Positions 59,451 through 64,000 of a stretch of 64,000 nucleotides of DNA are shown piece after piece. Every line of letters starts with the position of its first letter. Positions within the stretch are counted from its first letter, which is position 1. Below the pieces are notes generated by a model, which saw nothing but the letters and a program-made list of their open reading frames with translations, was not told the origin of the DNA and ran no database searches. Location: NCBI GenBank assembly GCA_016201275.1, contig JACQDB010000043.1:339-64338 (forward strand). The letters are read 5' to 3'. This DNA comes from Acidobacteriota bacterium. GTDB lineage: Bacteria; Acidobacteriota; Blastocatellia; UBA7656. A program made the translations under genes and the position numbers.

Positions 59451-62400
59451 TCAGAAGCTCATTCGCAATGCCAACTGCAACTGACGCGAAGTTGTTGCGG
59501 TGGTGGTGATGCGCCCTACATTGGGCAGCGCTTTGGCATCACTACCGGCAGTGCTGAAGATTTCAAGATTGCTGCGCGCCGGAAGGGCAAAGTTGGCGCG
59601 ATTCAAAAGATTGAAAGCTTCTGCGCGAAACTGAATCTCCAACTTTTCGGACAACCGTGCGGCCTTGAACTTTTTGACCAGCGCCAGATCAAAGGTCGCC
59701 AGTCCGGGGCCAATGATGGTGTTGCGTCCGAGATTGCCGCGTGTTCCAGAGGGCAAGGAGGTGAAAGCGGACGGGTCAAACCATTGCTCGACGCGCCCTG
59801 TGACCGGGTTGTTGCTGCGACCCGGTTTCAGATTCGGGCGTTGTTCGTTATCGTCCGTGCCATCGCCGTCTATGTCGTTGATGATGATCGGCGTGAACGG
59901 AATGCCCGACGACACAGTGATAATGCCGCTCATCTGCCAGCCACCGAGAACTTTCCTTATCACCTTATCCGCAGAAAGCTGCGCCAGCCTTTGCCCCATC
60001 TCTACGGTAAAATTCACGACGAAATTTTGCCGCACATCGAAACTTGAAAGCCCACGGTCGCGCTTGTGGTCAAAGGGGTCGGAGGTGCGTTGTTGGCCGT
60101 TGCTGAATTCCGAACGCCCCAACCCGCTCGAAGCGTCGTCAACCGATTTCGACAAGGTGTATGCGCCTTGAAGTTGCACGCCGCCGCTGAAGCGCCGGTT
60201 AAGTCCCAGTTGCAGCGCGTTGTAAAAAGAGTTGGCGTCCCAAGTCCTGAAGCGTATGCGCGTGAAGTTCGGATTGCGGCGCGTCGGATTCCCCGGCGCG
60301 CCGATGTTCCAATCCGACTCGCGTGAAAGTTTTACGCCGCGACTGCCTACATAAGCCACCGTGATGACAGTTTGCGCGAAGAGTTCATGTTGCAGGTTGA
60401 GGTTGTATTGATAAACATAGGACTGGCCGTGGTCATAATCCACCGCCAGCACGGCATCACGTCCGAGGGCGCTCAACCCGGCAAGCCCCTGGGGAAATTC
60501 CGCCTCAACTCCTGAAGCCCGCGCCGTAATCGCAAAGGGCGCGAGCCGGACAATCGAGTTCCACCATTGATGCGCTAAAAACTGGTCAAAGAAAATTCCT
60601 GCGCCGCCTCGCAGCGCCGTCTTGCCATCGCCTTTGAGGTCCCAGGCAAAACCCAAGCGCGGCGCGAAATTATCTTTCGCGGTGATAAAGGGCTTGCCTA
60701 CGCTTACTTGTTTATCCAGCGGGTCGCGCAGGTTATTCAACCTGCCGTGCTGCTCCGAAGGCACGGTAACGAATTCGTGGCGTAGCCCAAAGTTCAGCAA
60801 CAGGCGTCTGGAGGGTTTGAATTCATCTTGCACGAACCACCCCAAAAGGCTCTGCCTATAGCTTCTGGCAACATCGTTGGCACTTGGCAAAAGCCCTTCA
60901 AAGGTTCTCGCTTTGCCGCGTAAAAAATCGGCAAGACTGCTGAAGGTGAATTCTCCGCGTGAGCGCGACGTAGAGATGACGTTGTATTGGAAGCGCTCAA
61001 ATTGTACGCCAGCAATGACGACGTGGCGGCCTTTGTGCAAGGTGAACTGATCGCCTAGCTGATAACTGTTTTGCGTTAAACGACGCGGCACATTGCGGTC
61101 TGTACCGAATACATCGAAGCCGCTGATGCTGATAGTGCCGATGGCTTGGCCGGTAATAAAACTCAGCTTCGTTAAGGGATCGGTCGGCGCTATATCTTCG
61201 GCGGGGTTGCTGCGGGCAAAGCCAAATTGCAGTTCGTTGGTGGCTCGCGGGGAAATAATTTTGCTTGCTCGCAGCGTCAAGTATTGCGGACGATTGAGAT
61301 TTTGATTGGGAAAATCGGGAAAGGTTTCGTCCGTGATAAAGCGGCGCTTGGAATCGGAAAATGTATAACGCGCCATCAACGTGTCGGCGTCGGAAAAGTT
61401 ATGGTCAAGGCGCACGGTAAAAAAATCTTCTCGCGCCGGTTGATTGAATTGCCCTACGAAAAGCGCCGCACCGTCTGCCGGCGTAGGGTCAAAGGTCGGC
61501 AGCGGAAACAGCTTCAAATACGGTTGTACCAACGGATTAATTGCGACGCGAGCCCCAGCCACCAACCCCTTGCGGGCGTCCATATCGGGAACCGTGCGGA
61601 TGATGGTGCGCCCCAGGTTTTCGCGCAAGCCTTCATAACTGACAAAGAAAAACGTGCGATTTTTGAGCAACCGTCCGCCCACTGAAAAGCCGAATTGATT
61701 GCGCCTGAATTCGGGTTTCTCCAGATCAAAGAAGTTCCGCGCATCAAGGTTATCATTGCGGAGGAATTCAAAGAGCGAGCCGTGAAAAGTATTGGAGCCA
61801 GAACGGGTGATGATGTTGAACGCGCCGCCCGTAGCGCGACTGAATTGGGCGCTGTAGGCGCTGGTCAAGACGCGAAATTCCTGTATGGTTTCGATGCCCG
61901 TCAGTTGTCCGGTTGCGCCCGTGGCGACACGATTGCCGAGGTTATTGATAATCGTGCCATCGAGCATAAAAGTGTTGCCCGCCGGTCTGGTTCCGGCAAC
62001 CGTGATTCGGGTGCCGCCGCCGCCCGATAAAATATCCCCGACATCGGTACGCGCCACGTTGACGCCCGGCTGCAATTGGATAAGTTGCGTGATGTCGCGC
62101 CCGTTGAGCGGCAAATCACGAATCTTTTTTTCATCCACCACTTCACTGAGCGCCGAGTTTGCCGCTTCGACCAGTGACGCACTCGCTATCACTTCAAGGC
62201 GTTCGTCGAGGTTGCCGACCTGAAGCATAAAATCCAGCCTGACCTCGTGGCTTATGCTTAAATTCACGCCTTGGCGAACTTCGGTTTGAAACCCCGATTT
62301 GGAAACTTCAATAACGTATCTGCCGGGCGCAAGCGAAGCCATATAATAACGACCGCCATCGTCCGTGAGAGTGCGGCGCGCCATTCCGGTGTCAAGATTT

Positions 62401-62582
62401 TTGACGGTAAGGTTGACTTCGGCAAGCGCCAGTCCGCCAGGGTCTCTGCACACGCCCGACAGGCTGGCGTTAATCGCTTGCGAGCGTGCGGCGTCAAGGC
62501 AGAGAACGATCAAGAGGATAGATAGCGCATAGCGGCAAGCGCCTTGATAAATTGTCGTTGAAGAGTGAAATCGGTAATTCAT
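59451..62582 (-). CDS. Oar-like TonB-dependent receptor
   Basis: Carboxypeptidase-regulatory N-domain, DLPLNGRD, EFLRNDNLDARNFF, NFAPRLGFAWD, FRAEAFN, RQLQLALRMSF. Confidence 0.93.
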   Translation of the reverse strand: MNYRFHSSTTIYQGACRYALSILLIVLCLDAARSQAINASLSGVCRDPGGLALAEVNLTVKNLDTGMARRTLTDDGGRYYMASLAPGRYVIEVSKSGFQTEVRQGVNLSISHEVRLDFMLQVGNLDERLEVIASASLVEAANSALSEVVDEKKIRDLPLNGRDITQLIQLQPGVNVARTDVGDILSGGGGTRITVAGTRPAGNTFMLDGTIINNLGNRVATGATGQLTGIETIQEFRVLTSAYSAQFSRATGGAFNIITRSGSNTFHGSLFEFLRNDNLDARNFFDLEKPEFRRNQFGFSVGGRLLKNRTFFFVSYEGLRENLGRTIIRTVPDMDARKGLVAGARVAINPLVQPYLKLFPLPTFDPTPADGAALFVGQFNQPAREDFFTVRLDHNFSDADTLMARYTFSDSKRRFITDETFPDFPNQNLNRPQYLTLRASKIISPRATNELQFGFARSNPAEDIAPTDPLTKLSFITGQAIGTISISGFDVFGTDRNVPRRLTQNSYQLGDQFTLHKGRHVVIAGVQFERFQYNVISTSRSRGEFTFSSLADFLRGKARTFEGLLPSANDVARSYRQSLLGWFVQDEFKPSRRLLLNFGLRHEFVTVPSEQHGRLNNLRDPLDKQVSVGKPFITAKDNFAPRLGFAWDLKGDGKTALRGGAGIFFDQFLAHQWWNSIVRLAPFAITARASGVEAEFPQGLAGLSALGRDAVLAVDYDHGQSYVYQYNLNLQHELFAQTVITVAYVGSRGVKLSRESDWNIGAPGNPTRRNPNFTRIRFRTWDANSFYNALQLGLNRRFSGGVQLQGAYTLSKSVDDASSGLGRSEFSNGQQRTSDPFDHKRDRGLSSFDVRQNFVVNFTVEMGQRLAQLSADKVIRKVLGGWQMSGIITVSSGIPFTPIIINDIDGDGTDDNEQRPNLKPGRSNNPVTGRVEQWFDPSAFTSLPSGTRGNLGRNTIIGPGLATFDLALVKKFKAARLSEKLEIQFRAEAFNLLNRANFALPARSNLEIFSTAGSDAKALPNVGRITTTATTSRQLQLALRMSF

Positions 62583-63853
62583 TCGTGAACCTGTAGAGAA
62601 TAATTTGCAGAAAGAGAATCCGCTTCGTCTGCCATAGCGATACCTTTTCGCGTCGCCAGTTGTTTGATTACGGCAAAATAATTTTCCAGATGCGACTCAA
62701 CCGTGTAGCGCGTCTGCACCGTCTCGTACCCACGCTGACCGGCTTCCTGGCGATAGTCGCTATCGCTTGCGAAGCGTTCCAGCGCCGCCAGCAATTCCGC
62801 GTCGGACGCATAAACCATGCCGCCGCCGCTTTCGTTGACCGCCTCCGGCAACGCGCCAAGATTTCTGACGATGACCGGCGTATGTTGCCCGAACGCTTCC
62901 AATATCACAAGCGGGAATACTTCATAACACAGCGACGGCACGATGACCGCCAAGGCCTGTTGGTACAAGTTCTGTAGTTGCGATTCCGACCGGTGACCTA
63001 AAAAGAGGATGTTGCGACTGTCCGCCGCCAATCGTTTTAACTCCGCTTCATAGTTGCCCGTGCCGACGACCAGCAAGCGGGCTTTGGCATACTCGCGAAA
63101 CAGCGGTATGAGGGTGTGCAAGCCTTTGAGTTTTTCCAGACGACCGGCAAATAAAAAGTATGGTTCGGGGTGCGCCTCGGCCAAGGTTGCTTTGCTCTCC
63201 GGGGTTGCCGGAACAAAGCTCGGCAAATCCACGAGGGGGAGGTTAAGGTTCATCTGCTGATGCCTGTGGCGGACAAATTGACTGAGCGCCAGAAAAGCAT
63301 CTACGTTCTTGACGGCGCGTTCCAGAAATCCCGTGTAGCGCCACCATTGCGGCGGACGTTTATGCGCCAGCGTGCAGGTAAAACAACTCGCTTGAGTGCA
63401 GGCGGCGCGGTTGTTTTTGAAAAGCACGTGCATGGGACAGACCAGCCAATATTCATGCATGGTGTAGAGCTTGATGGCGCTGCCGTATTCCAGCACTTTG
63501 GGGCCGAACAGAGAGATGTTGTGATAGTGAATGACATCGAATTTTTGTTCGAGAATTTGCCGTAGGCGACGCGCTTGAAATAGCGGAATGCCGGTTTGCT
63601 GGGCGGCCAGAGGCGAGAGTTTCCCGACCGGGCTTCTGAGTCCATGCACCGTGACGTTCGGGTGATCGTCATAATTTTCTTTGGATTTTTTGGGCGCGAG
63701 CAAGTCATAGGAATCCGCGCAGTGAACAACCTCAACTTGATGTCCGCGTTGGGCGAGTTCATTGGCCAGCCGTTTGACGAAAATACCATCGCCGCCGAAA
63801 TGAAACGGCGGATAAAAAGTCGTTACCATACAAAAGCGCAGTGGTTTGGGCAT
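62579..63853 (-). CDS. Glycosyltransferase family 4
   Basis: TTFYPPFHFGGDG, HEYWLVCP, FAGRLEKLKG, PS..YEVFPLVILEA. Confidence 0.9.
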   Translation of the reverse strand: MPKPLRFCMVTTFYPPFHFGGDGIFVKRLANELAQRGHQVEVVHCADSYDLLAPKKSKENYDDHPNVTVHGLRSPVGKLSPLAAQQTGIPLFQARRLRQILEQKFDVIHYHNISLFGPKVLEYGSAIKLYTMHEYWLVCPMHVLFKNNRAACTQASCFTCTLAHKRPPQWWRYTGFLERAVKNVDAFLALSQFVRHRHQQMNLNLPLVDLPSFVPATPESKATLAEAHPEPYFLFAGRLEKLKGLHTLIPLFREYAKARLLVVGTGNYEAELKRLAADSRNILFLGHRSESQLQNLYQQALAVIVPSLCYEVFPLVILEAFGQHTPVIVRNLGALPEAVNESGGGMVYASDAELLAALERFASDSDYRQEAGQRGYETVQTRYTVESHLENYFAVIKQLATRKGIAMADEADSLSANYSLQVHE

Positions 63854-63861
63854 TGCAAAAA

Positions 63862-64000
63862 TTATTTTCGGAACCAGCGGCGAACCGTGCGCGGCACGCG
63901 GCGCGACAGTATGTAGCCGTTAAAAAATTTCGTCGGCAACAAAGCGAACAGCTTTTCAGAGCGCAGATAATAGGCATCCACACGCTGCAAAGCAAAGCAG
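63862..64000 (-). CDS. 3' end of an upstream gene cut off by the window edge
   Basis: Open frame ...ALQRVDAYYLRSEKLFALLPTKFFNGYILSRRVPRTVRRWFRK* ending 8 nt before the GT4 ATG. Confidence 0.55.
   Translation of the reverse strand, partial: CFALQRVDAYYLRSEKLFALLPTKFFNGYILSRRVPRTVRRWFRK

Overview
This is a bacterial window read in genetic code 11. Oar-type TonB-dependent receptors, BamB/PQQ-like propeller proteins and a fused Kgd suggest an Acidobacteriota-like diderm, which is my inference only. In order it holds a secreted coiled-coil protein, pilT plus a zinc-ribbon/REC protein, and kdgK-eda. Next come a four-gene putative lipid-linked glycosylation module, a deaminase, fused kgd/sucA and a TonB-dependent receptor behind a sigma54-type promoter. 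A cluster of three beta-propeller proteins with an Fe-ADH follows, then an m5C methyltransferase and a BsuBI/PstI-type endonuclease with an in-frame TGA at a conserved Trp. After these lie a porin plus monoheme cytochrome pair behind a Fur-like box, a partial nuo operon (C,D,H,I,J,K,L,M,N, then an atpI-like gene) and hemN-hemG. The window ends in a ~13 kb co-oriented locus encoding a GT4, a TonB-dependent receptor, an adenylate-forming ligase, TctCAB, a flippase and an ATP-grasp ligase. Intergenic DNA is rich in palindromic elements: inverted heptamer arrays that often contain the Shine-Dalgarno motif, REP-like doublets and a MITE family. I saw no rRNA, tRNA or CRISPR array. All family assignments come from motif recognition by eye, not database searches.
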